Below are positions 54,648 to 62,826 of a DNA stretch of 64,000 bases, piece after piece; positions within the stretch are counted from its first letter, which is position 1, and every line of letters begins with the position of its first letter. The notes beneath the pieces were generated by a model. It was not told the DNA's origin, made no database searches, and worked only from the letters and a program-made list of their open reading frames with translations. This DNA is from an uncultured Gammaproteobacteria bacterium (GTDB lineage: Bacteria; Patescibacteriota; Patescibacteriia; Patescibacteriales; GWC2-42-12): the NCBI GenBank assembly GCA_964560005.1, contig CAZLKB010000003.1, forward strand, positions 110,951-174,950, given 5' to 3'. Position numbers and translations under genes: made by a program.

Positions 54648-54917
54648 CTATTTCGTCATTACATTCACCTTGGCCACCAGACCATAAAGTTCGTCCAACT
54701 TCTTGGTTAAATCCATTATCTCCTCTGCCGTGCCTTTCACCGCTAAGGCAATCAGGCCGGTGCAGCTTTTTATGCAAGCCGGTTGAACATTAACCCCTAG
54801 CCGGGAGATAATTAAATGACCCGAATCGGTTAACAACTGATTCATTTTTCCGGCGTTGGTCTGCCGATCTTCTACTAAGATTGAAATTACCGCTAAATGA
54901 ATTTTTTGGTTTGTCAT
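54648..54917 (-). CDS. TM1266-like small ACT/NikR-C-like protein (putative iron-only hydrogenase system regulator)
   Basis: 89 aa. The pattern IAVISILVEDRQ...N.LL...G..IISRLGV......IALAVKG...EI..LT.KL....GV..K follows the TM1266 family as I remember it. Immediately downstream of hydA. Confidence 0.5.
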   Translation of the reverse strand: MTNQKIHLAVISILVEDRQTNAGKMNQLLTDSGHLIISRLGVNVQPACIKSCTGLIALAVKGTAEEIMDLTKKLDELYGLVAKVNVMTK

Positions 54918-54927
54918 ATATTTGTTA

Positions 54928-55110
54928 GCTGTCGGCAGGATGTTGATTTTGAGCGGCTCCTCAGTGCCTGCCTCGGCGCTAATAAGGCAAACAGGGTGAA
55001 ATTGTATTGTTTTTGCAGGAAATTATTTAATTTTCATTTTACCACTGAATAATTTCCTGCAAAAATACACAAATTTCGTCTAAGTGAAAAAGCAACATCC
55101 TGCCGACAGC
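54928..55110. repeat. long inverted-repeat element, family C copy 2
   Basis: Outer arms gctgtcggcaggatgttg / caacatcctgccgacagc and inner arms aaattgtattgtttttgcaggaaattatt / aataatttcctgcaaaaatacacaaattt. It shares the aaaaatacacaaattt core with 30663-30807. The left arm carries an extra GC-rich insert of about 50 nt. Confidence 0.75.
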
Positions 55111-55141
55111 GCCTAAGACGATTTAATGATATTTTTAGTTA

Positions 55142-56992
55142 TTAACTTCTCTTCTTATAAGTCGTATGTAAAACTTGATGCTCTAATTTGCCCTTTTCTT
55201 TTAGCCAACTTAAGGCTAGAATCGCCTCTTTATTTTCATGCGCCCGCCTTATTTTATTGCCTGAATCAATTTTATACAGCGCGGCCAATCTTTTTTTCCT
55301 AATCTCCGCCGTGGTGGGAATCGGCTGGCCGCCGCCGCCGATACAGCCGTCCGGGCAGGCCATAACTTCAATATAGTCAAAATCTTTTAAATTGTCCAAA
55401 ATCGGCTGGATGTTGCCGATACCGTTCACCACCGCTACTCTGATTTTTTTATCCCCCATCATTAATTCGGCTTTTTTTACCCCGTTGAGCCCCCGGACAT
55501 CTTCAAACTCAATTCTGGTATTGCAAAACTTATTATTTAATTTTTCCGCTTTTTTTAAATCTCGGCAAACCGTGCCTTGCGCGGTCTCCATCAAATATTC
55601 GGCCGTCCTTAGGGCTGATTCCATAACCCCGCCGGTAGCGCCGTAAATCGCCGCCGCCCCGCTGGACTCTCCGAGAGGGTTATCGGCGGGCAGAGATTTT
55701 AGGCCGGTAAAATTTATTCTATTTTTTTTAATCAGCCAGGCCAGTTCGCGGGTGGTAATTACCTGATCAATCGGTAAAATTCCTTTTATCTTAAGCTCTT
55801 TGCGGCCGGCTTCAAATTTCTTGGCGGTACAGGGCATAACGGACACTACGGTTATGTTCTTCGGATTAAAATTTCGGCCCAAGGCCGATCCGCCTTGGGC
55901 GGACATTTTCTCGGCCCAATAAGTTTTGATAATACCGGCGCTATGCACCTGGGGGCTCTTAGCGGTTGTCATGTTGGGAATTAAATCAGGCCGAAAAAAC
56001 TCCACATACTTTATCCAAGCCGGACAGCAGGAAGTAAACATGGGCAAACCCTGACCGCTCTTTATCCTCTCTAGGAGCTCCTCAGCTTCAACGATAGTAG
56101 TGATGTCAGCGCCAAAATTTACGTCAAAAACATAATTAAAGCCTAACTTTTTCAAAGCCGCCACTACCTGGCCGGTCATCACCTTGCCGGCGGGAACGCC
56201 GAATTCTTCGCCGATGCTAACCCTGATTGAAGGCGCGAATTGCGCTACGACAATTTTACCATCTTTTCGGCCCGAGGCCGATCCGCCTCGGGCGGATAAA
56301 GCTTTTTCTACCAGCTCCCAATCGGAGTGCTCCTGCGCCGCGCCCACCGGGCAATGAACGGCGCATTGGCCGCAATAGATACAGTCGGTTTTTTTCTTAC
56401 TCTTATCACGAAAAGAAAAAACGCTTTTCTCCGTAACCGGCACCACTTCCTGCTCGGTCCCCTTGCCTCTAAGCTCCAAAAAATTTATCTTCTGCAAACT
56501 TGAACATGCTTCTATGCAATTGCGGCAATCAATGCATTGGCTGCCGTCAATCTCCACGGCGTTGGCGAATTTATAAACCTTTCTCTTGCCCTTGCGATCT
56601 TTAAATCTGGTAATTTCTATCTTATATTTATCGGCTAATTCCAATAGTTTACAATTTACCCGCCAAATGCAGGTCGGGCATCTTTCAATATGTTCGGCGA
56701 AAATTAACTCTATATTTAAATTGCGCGATCTTTTTACCCGCTCGGTGTCGGTCTTAATAACCATGCCATCTTCAACTACGGTATTACAAGATGTTACCAG
56801 CTTAGCCGGTCCTGAATTAGCCGCGGAAGAAACTTCAACGACGCAAACCCGGCAATTGGCTTTAACCGAAAGGTCAGGGTGAAAGCAAAGGCTGGGCAGA
56901 TCAATTCCGTGATCCCTGGCCGCTTTCATTATGGTCGTACCCTGATTACAGACGATTTCTTTGCCGTCTATATTAATTTTTATTTTTTTCAT
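55142..56992 (-). CDS. hydA: [FeFe]-hydrogenase catalytic subunit (CpI-like M3 architecture)
   Basis: N-terminal 2Fe-2S ferredoxin-like domain, HIERCPTCIWRVNC, two CxxCxxCxxxCP motifs, and H-cluster motifs FTSCCPAW, MPCTAKKFE and EVMACPDGCIGGGGQP. Confidence 0.9.
   Translation of the reverse strand: MKKIKINIDGKEIVCNQGTTIMKAARDHGIDLPSLCFHPDLSVKANCRVCVVEVSSAANSGPAKLVTSCNTVVEDGMVIKTDTERVKRSRNLNIELIFAEHIERCPTCIWRVNCKLLELADKYKIEITRFKDRKGKRKVYKFANAVEIDGSQCIDCRNCIEACSSLQKINFLELRGKGTEQEVVPVTEKSVFSFRDKSKKKTDCIYCGQCAVHCPVGAAQEHSDWELVEKALSARGGSASGRKDGKIVVAQFAPSIRVSIGEEFGVPAGKVMTGQVVAALKKLGFNYVFDVNFGADITTIVEAEELLERIKSGQGLPMFTSCCPAWIKYVEFFRPDLIPNMTTAKSPQVHSAGIIKTYWAEKMSAQGGSALGRNFNPKNITVVSVMPCTAKKFEAGRKELKIKGILPIDQVITTRELAWLIKKNRINFTGLKSLPADNPLGESSGAAAIYGATGGVMESALRTAEYLMETAQGTVCRDLKKAEKLNNKFCNTRIEFEDVRGLNGVKKAELMMGDKKIRVAVVNGIGNIQPILDNLKDFDYIEVMACPDGCIGGGGQPIPTTAEIRKKRLAALYKIDSGNKIRRAHENKEAILALSWLKEKGKLEHQVLHTTYKKRS
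55874..55903. repeat. 30-nt GC-rich double-hairpin element inside hydA CDS
   Basis: tcggcccaaggccga + tccgccttgggcgga, translated in frame as SAQGGSALGR. Confidence 0.85.
56267..56296. repeat. 30-nt GC-rich double-hairpin element inside hydA CDS
   Basis: tcggcccgaggccga + tccgcctcgggcgga, translated in frame as SARGGSASGR. Confidence 0.85.
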
Positions 56993-57026
56993 ATTCTAAC
57001 AAGTTTTATATTTCTAAAATGTAATT

Positions 57027-57150
57027 CACCCACAAATCTACAAATCAACTACAAATATTACTAATTAATAAATATAAATTCCGTTAATTAATATTTAAAT
57101 ATTGTAAATAAATATTTGTATTATTCGTAGCTAATTTGTAGATTTGTGGG
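57027..57150. repeat. AT-rich inverted-repeat spacer element (caaatctaca dialect)
   Basis: cacccacaaatctacaaatcaactacaaatattac pairs with gtattattcgtagctaatttgtagatttgtgggt. It lies between the nuoF-like stop and the hydA start. Confidence 0.8.
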
Positions 57151-58149
57151 TTACTCCATTTCCGGCCAGACATTCTTAATAAAGCTTTTTATCGGTATGG
57201 CGACCGAGCCGCCTAAAGCGCAAATCGAAGTATCGGTTAAGTTGTCCAATAAATTATTAAATAAAACCCAATCGGTTTTCTCGGCGGTAAAAACTTCCTT
57301 AAGCCTAAGCGTGCCCTCGCGGCAGGGCGTGCACTGCCCGCAAGTTTCGCCCGAAAAAAAATCCAGCCAATGATTGATCAGGTCTTTACAATTATTTTTA
57401 GCCAGGCTGTAGACCGTGATTGATCCGGCGCCTAAAGCCGGCCGTTTTAACTGCCGGCTATTCAAAGCTTCACCCGACATATCTCCGCCTGCCACAACGA
57501 AAAAAGGAAATTTCGGATAATTTTTAGTTTCTTTAAGAACTTTTTCAATGGTAAAACCAGCCGGCAATTCAAAGACTCCTTCGTTCGGGCAGTCGCCCGC
57601 AATATCAAAAAATCTGTCATTTTTAAATTGGCCGGAGTTCACCAGGCTGACATTATAAAAAGTCTCTACATTATTTACAATAGTGGGAAACCCCCAAAGG
57701 CCGCGAGTTACCGGAAAAGGCGGCCTTAGTCTGGGTTCAATTCTACGGCCTTCAATCGCGTTTAAAGCCGCGCTTTCTTCTCCTCCTATATATCCCGCGT
57801 TTAAAGGCTTGACGAAAATTTCTATAGCCGAATCTTTTAACAAAGCGGCTATCTTTTTACTATATTTTTTATTATAAGCATAATTCAAAAATATATAACC
57901 TTTTACAGCGCACCTGTTCTTGGCTAAAAAATCAATGGCGATTTTCATACCATTAATCACTTTATCCGCGTGATGCTCTAAAATATAGCAATCTTTTACC
58001 AGGCCGGGCTCGCCTTCGGCCGCGTTGCAGACTACACATTTCTTTTCCGTGCAACACTGACAGACCGATTCCCACTTTTTTGCCACGGGAAAACCGGCGC
58101 CGCCGCGCCCAACCAAACCGGCTTGTTTAATTTTTTCTAGGATATCCAT
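57151..58149 (-). CDS. NuoF-like NAD(P)H-binding flavoprotein (hydrogenase diaphorase-type subunit, minimal form)
   Basis: GLVGRGGAGFPVAKKW, NAAEGEPG, GYIGGEESAALNAIEG, PPFPVTRGLWGFPTIVNNVETF, ETCGQCTPCREGT...ICALG (N3 4Fe-4S). No NuoE-like or ferredoxin extension domains. Trimmed to ATG. Confidence 0.8.
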   Translation of the reverse strand: MDILEKIKQAGLVGRGGAGFPVAKKWESVCQCCTEKKCVVCNAAEGEPGLVKDCYILEHHADKVINGMKIAIDFLAKNRCAVKGYIFLNYAYNKKYSKKIAALLKDSAIEIFVKPLNAGYIGGEESAALNAIEGRRIEPRLRPPFPVTRGLWGFPTIVNNVETFYNVSLVNSGQFKNDRFFDIAGDCPNEGVFELPAGFTIEKVLKETKNYPKFPFFVVAGGDMSGEALNSRQLKRPALGAGSITVYSLAKNNCKDLINHWLDFFSGETCGQCTPCREGTLRLKEVFTAEKTDWVLFNNLLDNLTDTSICALGGSVAIPIKSFIKNVWPEME

Positions 58150-58313
58150 AAAATAAATTTCCAATTTCTAATTTTCAATTTCTAAACAATGACTTAATGT
58201 CTAAATTTTCAAACATAATTATTTGGCGTTTTCAAATTGAAAATTCTGTCATTGAAAATTGTTTGAAAATTGAGAATTGAGAATTGAAAATTCTAGAGAC
58301 TTTCAATTATTTA
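58150..58313. repeat. AT-rich inverted-repeat spacer element (gaaaatt dialect, conserved core)
   Basis: aatttctaaacaatgacttaatgtctaaattttcaaaca ... gtcattgaaaattgtttgaaaattgagaattgagaattgaaaatt. Confidence 0.85.
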
Positions 58314-59345
58314 CTAGATCAACCGATTCTTCCCAATATACTCGCACAAATCCGCCAGTCGGCAGGAATAGCCCCATTCATTATCATACCAAGCGATCAC
58401 TTTTAACAGGTCGCCGCCGATTACTTTAGTTAACGGCAGGTCCACGATGGCGCTGGCCGGATGGCCGATAAAATCGGATGACACTAGCGGTTCTTCGGTA
58501 ACCGCCACAAAGCTCTTATAAGCTCCGGCCGCGGCTTTTTTAAAAATCTCGTTGACGGCTTCAGCGCTAGTCGGCTTTTCAGTCAGGTAGACGGTATCGC
58601 ACAAAGATACCACCGGAGTGGGCACGCGCAAAGCCAGGCCGTCGAATTTGCCATTAAGCTCCGGCATAGTTTTAGTAACAGCCTTGGCCGCGCCGGTTGT
58701 GGTAGGAACAATGTTTAAAGCCGCTGCGCGCGCCCGGCGCAAATCCTTATGCGGCCCATCTACCAAATTTTGGTCGGCCGTATAGGAATGAGTGGTGGAC
58801 ATAACGGCTTTTTTAACGCCAAAATTATCAGAAATTATTTTAGTGACCGGCGCCAAGCAATTGGTAGTGCAAGAAGCCATGGAAATAATCTTGTCGTTTT
58901 TATTTAAATCTTTCTCGTTAACCGACAAAACAATGGTTTTAATTTCCTCCCCCCTGACAAGGGGGGTTGGGGGGGTTAATTCTTTAGCCGGCGCGGACAG
59001 GATAACTTTTTTAGCGCCGGCTTCAAGGTGCTGTCCGGCTCCGGACGCGTCCAAGAATCGGCCGGTGCATTCCAAGACAACATCTACTTTCAGCTTGTTC
59101 CAGGGTAATTTAGCCGGTTCTTTCTCGGCCAAAACCAGATATTTCTTGCCGTCAACCATTAGATTTTTCTCATCAAAACCCACCTTTTTATCAAAATCAT
59201 AGCAACTATCGTGCTTTAACAGATGCGCCAAGGTCTTAGTGTCGGTTAAATCGTTTATGGCCACAATATTGACGCTCTTTTTACTTAATAATGCTTTAAA
59301 AGCGGCTCGGCCAATTCGGCCAAAGCCATTTATAGCGATATTCAT
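58314..59345 (-). CDS. gap: type I glyceraldehyde-3-phosphate dehydrogenase, with 12-aa hairpin-derived insertion
   Basis: MNIAINGFGRIGR, SCTTNCLAP, WYDNEWGYS. Confidence 0.95.
   Translation of the reverse strand: MNIAINGFGRIGRAAFKALLSKKSVNIVAINDLTDTKTLAHLLKHDSCYDFDKKVGFDEKNLMVDGKKYLVLAEKEPAKLPWNKLKVDVVLECTGRFLDASGAGQHLEAGAKKVILSAPAKELTPPTPLVRGEEIKTIVLSVNEKDLNKNDKIISMASCTTNCLAPVTKIISDNFGVKKAVMSTTHSYTADQNLVDGPHKDLRRARAAALNIVPTTTGAAKAVTKTMPELNGKFDGLALRVPTPVVSLCDTVYLTEKPTSAEAVNEIFKKAAAGAYKSFVAVTEEPLVSSDFIGHPASAIVDLPLTKVIGGDLLKVIAWYDNEWGYSCRLADLCEYIGKNRLI
58947..58982. repeat. G/C-homopolymer hairpin inside gap CDS
   Basis: cccccc-tgacaa-gggggg followed by ttggggggg. It encodes ELTPPTPLVRGE between SAPAK and EIKTIVLSVN. 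Confidence 0.6.
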
Positions 59346-59455
59346 AGATTTTCACTTAATAATTATGAAATTATTATATCATATTCTGAATAAAACAAAA
59401 AACGGCCATTAAAGCCGTTCTTACGCGGTTGTTTTAAGAAGCGCTTACTTTCCGA

Positions 59456-60343
59456 TTATGCGTTGCGCGATTTTTTTACCCTGTCCGGCCCTACCTCAAT
59501 CATCGTAGCCGCTTCGCCGTTATTTTCATAAATTTGCACGCCCACAGTCTGCTTTAAAATATGGTGAGCCACCACTCTCCCCCTCTTACCGTCAACTATA
59601 ACCTCGCTATAAAGCGGCGGCAATTTTTCGGCCAGCTTTTTATAACCGTTTTCTTCAAAAGACAAACAGCACATCAGCCGGCCGCAGATGCCGGAAATTC
59701 TTTCCGAACCGCGGTGGGCGCATTGCTGCAGTTCCGCCATCTCCGAAGTGATTGAATTAAGTTCTCCCAAAAACCGCCCGCAGCATAACGGCCGGCCGCA
59801 ATGGCCGAAGTCGCCGCAGTATCTGGCTTCGTCGCGAATGCCGATTTGCTGTAATCTGATGCTGCGGCCGAAATGCTTGGTCAAATCTTTGACCAAGTCC
59901 CTAAAATCCACCCTGGAATCGGCGATGAAAGGAAATGTGATTCTGGAATCGTCAAAAGAGTAATGCACCCCCACCAATTTCATGGCTAATTGATATTTTT
60001 CAATAACTTTTTTGCAATAGGAAAAATCTTCATCCAGCTGTTTAGCGTCGGGCAGTTTCTCGAAGTCGGCCGCTGCCGCTTTTCTAATGATTTTTTTTAT
60101 CCGGCCAGAACCGGTCTGCCCGCCAGCCGAAGCCGGCTGATCTGGGCTTAAAGAACCGGCTGATTCGGGCTTTTCTTCCGCTCCGTTCGGCGTCGGCAAA
60201 TCGATAAAGCCGACGACTTTGCCTAATTCCAAGCCTAATTCAGTCTTTACTATAACCTGATCGCCGACTTTTATCGTTAAATCAGCCGGGTCAAAATTAT
60301 ATTTTTTATCCCAAGAAGCGAATTGTACTTGAGCTATCTTCAT
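59456..60343 (-). CDS. PSP1-domain protein (YaaT/RicT-like)
   Basis: C-terminal PSP1 cysteine pattern GHCGRPLCCGRFL ... CGRLMCCLSFE. Confidence 0.8.
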   Translation of the reverse strand: MKIAQVQFASWDKKYNFDPADLTIKVGDQVIVKTELGLELGKVVGFIDLPTPNGAEEKPESAGSLSPDQPASAGGQTGSGRIKKIIRKAAAADFEKLPDAKQLDEDFSYCKKVIEKYQLAMKLVGVHYSFDDSRITFPFIADSRVDFRDLVKDLTKHFGRSIRLQQIGIRDEARYCGDFGHCGRPLCCGRFLGELNSITSEMAELQQCAHRGSERISGICGRLMCCLSFEENGYKKLAEKLPPLYSEVIVDGKRGRVVAHHILKQTVGVQIYENNGEAATMIEVGPDRVKKSRNA

Positions 60344-60487
60344 AGAGAAATTTCTAATTTTTAATTTCTAATTTTTAAATAATGCTTAAATTTCTAATTA
60401 TTAAAAATTAAAGCATTAAAAATTACTTATAAAATTATTTATCCTCCATAGCGCAAGCGAAGGGGGACAAAATTAAAAATTAAAAAT

Positions 60488-61285
60488 TTACAAACTATAT
60501 CTAATAAACTTCTCCACTTTCGCACCACCTAATATATCTTCAACGCGCTTTTCGTCATCCTTAATATATTCCTGCTTGACCAGGCAAATCTGTTCATAAA
60601 GCTTATTCAGTTTGCCTATGATAATCTTTTCAATCATATTTTCCGGCTTGCCCTGTTTTAGCAATTCTTCTCTATAAATATCTTTTTCTTTAGCTATTTT
60701 TTCCGCCGGTACATCTTCCGGCCTGACATATTCCGGGCTGGCGGCCGCGATTTGCATGGCGATTTCGTAAGCTAAATCTTTTTTTCCGGCTTGGTCTAAA
60801 GCGACGATCACGCCGATTTTACCGCCCAAGTGGGAATAACTGGCGATGGAGCCGCTGGTTTCTAACATATCATATCTTTTAAGATCCAATTTCTCGCCGA
60901 TGATTCCGCTTAAACTATCAAGTTCATCTTTAACCGTCCCTTGGCCAAAATCCAAAGACATTAACTGAGCCAAATCTTTCGGCTTATTTTCTTTGGCTAA
61001 ATTTATAACTTTATCCGCATAATCCTGAAACTTAGCGCTGCGCACCACAAAATCGGTTTCAGCGTTTATTTCTAGAATATAGCCGGTTTTATTATCCGCC
61101 GACACGGCCATCTTGACCACGCCTTCTTGGGTTTCACGCTCGCTTCTCTTCGCCGCCTTGACAATGCCTTTTTTCCTTAAAATTTCCATGGCTTTATCAA
61201 TATCGCCCTGAGCTTCGTCTAAAGCCTTCTTGCAATCAACCATGCCGGCGCCGGATTTTTCGCGTAATAATTTTATTTTTTCCAT
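60488..61285 (-). CDS. tsf: translation elongation factor Ts
   Basis: IKLLREKSGAGMVDCKKALDEAQGDIDKAMEILRKKG (UBA-like N-terminus) and the EF-Ts core. Confidence 0.95.
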   Translation of the reverse strand: MEKIKLLREKSGAGMVDCKKALDEAQGDIDKAMEILRKKGIVKAAKRSERETQEGVVKMAVSADNKTGYILEINAETDFVVRSAKFQDYADKVINLAKENKPKDLAQLMSLDFGQGTVKDELDSLSGIIGEKLDLKRYDMLETSGSIASYSHLGGKIGVIVALDQAGKKDLAYEIAMQIAAASPEYVRPEDVPAEKIAKEKDIYREELLKQGKPENMIEKIIIGKLNKLYEQICLVKQEYIKDDEKRVEDILGGAKVEKFIRYSL

Positions 61286-61406
61286 AATATTGTTAAGAAT
61301 TTTTAATTTTATAATTTTTGAATTTTTAAATAATATCTAATTTTTAATATTTAACATTATGATATTAAAAATTATTTACAAAATTAAAAATTAAAAATTT
61401 GTACTC

Positions 61407-62108
61407 TTATTGTTTATTCTCTTTAACCGCCGCCTTGCCTTCAAGCATCGCTTCCTTTACCAATCCCATTACCAGCTTAATGCCCTTGGTCGCGTCGTCA
61501 TTGGCCGGGATAATATATTTAACTCCGTCCGGGTTTACATTGGTATCGCAAACCGCCACCAACGGAATTTTTTTCTTTAAAGCTTCGGCAAAAGCGGTTT
61601 TCTCTTTTTTAATATCCCAAATAAAAATTATATCCGGGGTCTTGGTTAAGCTGACTAAGCCGCCGACATTGGTCTCCAGTTTGGCGATCTCGCGGTCGAA
61701 ATCAAGCCTCTCTTTCTTAGTATATTTATCCAGCTTGCCGCTATCTCTTTTCTCAATCAAATCTTTGAGTTTTCTGACTAAATTCCTAATTACGGCAAAG
61801 TTGGTTAACAAGCCGCCCAGCCATCTTTCCGAGACATAGGGCATATTGGTTTCTTCAGCGGTTTTTTTCAAAATCTTTTTGACTTGCATTTTAGTACCGA
61901 CCAGGAGGATTGATTTGCCTTCTTGGGCCTGTTTTTTTAAATACTCTAAAGCCGCTTCCAGCATTACCTGGGTTTTTCTCAAATCTATGATATGAATGCC
62001 TTTTCTTGAACCAAAAATAAAAGGCTCCATTTTCGGGTGCCATTTTGAAGTGCGATGCCCAAAGTGCATTCCGGCTTTAAGCAGCTCTTCGATTGAAGGT
62101 ATTTTCAT
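61407..62108 (-). CDS. rpsB: 30S ribosomal protein S2
   Basis: LLKAGMHFGHRTSKWHPKM, ERWLGGLLTNF. Trimmed to ATG (MKIPSIEEL), because the track start is GTG. Confidence 0.95.
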   Translation of the reverse strand: MKIPSIEELLKAGMHFGHRTSKWHPKMEPFIFGSRKGIHIIDLRKTQVMLEAALEYLKKQAQEGKSILLVGTKMQVKKILKKTAEETNMPYVSERWLGGLLTNFAVIRNLVRKLKDLIEKRDSGKLDKYTKKERLDFDREIAKLETNVGGLVSLTKTPDIIFIWDIKKEKTAFAEALKKKIPLVAVCDTNVNPDGVKYIIPANDDATKGIKLVMGLVKEAMLEGKAAVKENKQ

Positions 62109-62250
62109 ATTTTTCGCTTTCCTTTTCACCCCGCCTTGGCGGGGCTTAGCCTCTACTCCGAATCATCCCGCCTTAGCGGAACAAGGAAATTAAAGGAGTA
62201 TGAGAGATTTATTAATTACTTAAAAATAGCAGTGTCTGCTATTAAAATAG

Positions 62251-62277
62251 ATTATAATATTATTTCTAATCTGTCAA
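62251..62277 (-). promoter_or_regulatory. near-consensus sigma70 promoter for rpsB-tsf
   Basis: On the minus strand: TTGACA (rc of 62272-62277), a 15-nt spacer, then TATAAT (rc of 62251-62256). The leader of about 135 nt contains the GC hairpins agcagacactgct and ccccgccaaggcgggg. Confidence 0.5.
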
Positions 62278-62377
62278 CCTCGCCTAAAGGCGGGCGGATC
62301 TTGCTAAAATTTATTTTTTATGTTAGTGTGAAATCTATTGAATATAAGTTTGAAAATTTCATTAAGGAAAATGTGGT

Positions 62378-62454
62378 TGAGGGGTGGCGAAGTGGCTAAA
62401 CGCAACTGCCTTCGGAGCAGTTATTCGCTGGTTCGAATCCAGCCCCCTCGGCCA
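62378..62454 (+). tRNA. tRNA-Arg (anticodon UCG), CCA encoded
   Basis: Acceptor TGAGGGG/CCCCTCG (U1-G72 wobble). D arm GCG-AAGTGGCTAAA-CGC. Anticodon arm ACTGC-CTTCGGA-GCAGT. T arm GCTGG-TTCGAAT-CCAGC. Discriminator G followed by CCA. Confidence 0.8.
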
Positions 62455-62474
62455 ATCGATCTTTATAGATTTTA

Positions 62475-62826
62475 CGGCGGAGAATGTGGCCGCCCTCCTT
62501 TCGTGCATTGGAGAGGTGCGGTAGTCTCGGTCACGTTCTCCGCCGCCAATTTGGGTGCGCGCGTAGCTCAAAAGTAGAGCGTCGCCCTAACCCGGCGATA
62601 ATATGCCTGGTGCAACTCCGGCCGTGCGCACCATTCCCTTACGGCGGAAAGTTCGTAAAACTGTCCCTTTCTCTTCATAGGTGTTTTGAGACAGACGCAT
62701 TTTCCGCCGCCAATTTGGCCAAGAGGTTGCTCGATGATACGAGCGTTCAGTATCGCGGGCGGTTCCCAGCCGTCATGCAATATATTTAATGAATACGCGC
62801 AGGTTCAATTCCTGCCCTCTTGGCCG
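62475..62826 (+). ncRNA. array of four GC-rich acceptor-stem/tRNA-like modules (unassigned)
   Basis: Module a (62475-62548) is a 10-bp stem plus CCA. Module b (62557-62633) is a near-cloverleaf ending in ACCA. Module c (62642-62712) is a 9-bp stem plus CCA. Module d (62717-62826) is a 10-bp stem with D-like, anticodon-like (CCC) and canonical T arms. There is no credible ORF. Strand is inferred from T-loop polarity and the CCA ends. Confidence 0.55.

Noticed and set aside
60085-60185. The GC-rich low-complexity stretch in the PSP1 gene (PTPNGAEEKPESAGSLSPDQPASAGGQTGSGR) as another repeat insertion.
   Set aside because: I found no matching copy or hairpin symmetry in the window. It could simply be a disordered linker between the N-terminal and PSP1 domains.
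62545-62565. T-box-like string AATTTGGGTGCGCGCG resembling AAnnnGGGUGGnACCGCG.
   Set aside because: The match is limited to about 9 nt. There is no Stem I/specifier architecture, no terminator/antiterminator pair and no aminoacyl-tRNA synthetase gene downstream.
62717-62826. Module d as the tmRNA tRNA-like domain or as tRNA-Sec. The reasons to consider it were the long acceptor stem, the canonical T arm and a TTCAGT string.
   Set aside because: There is no G3:U70 pair, no encoded or near CCA end, and no tag reading frame or pseudoknots downstream. The putative UCA loop has only a 3-bp stem, and no selA/selB/selD context exists in the window.
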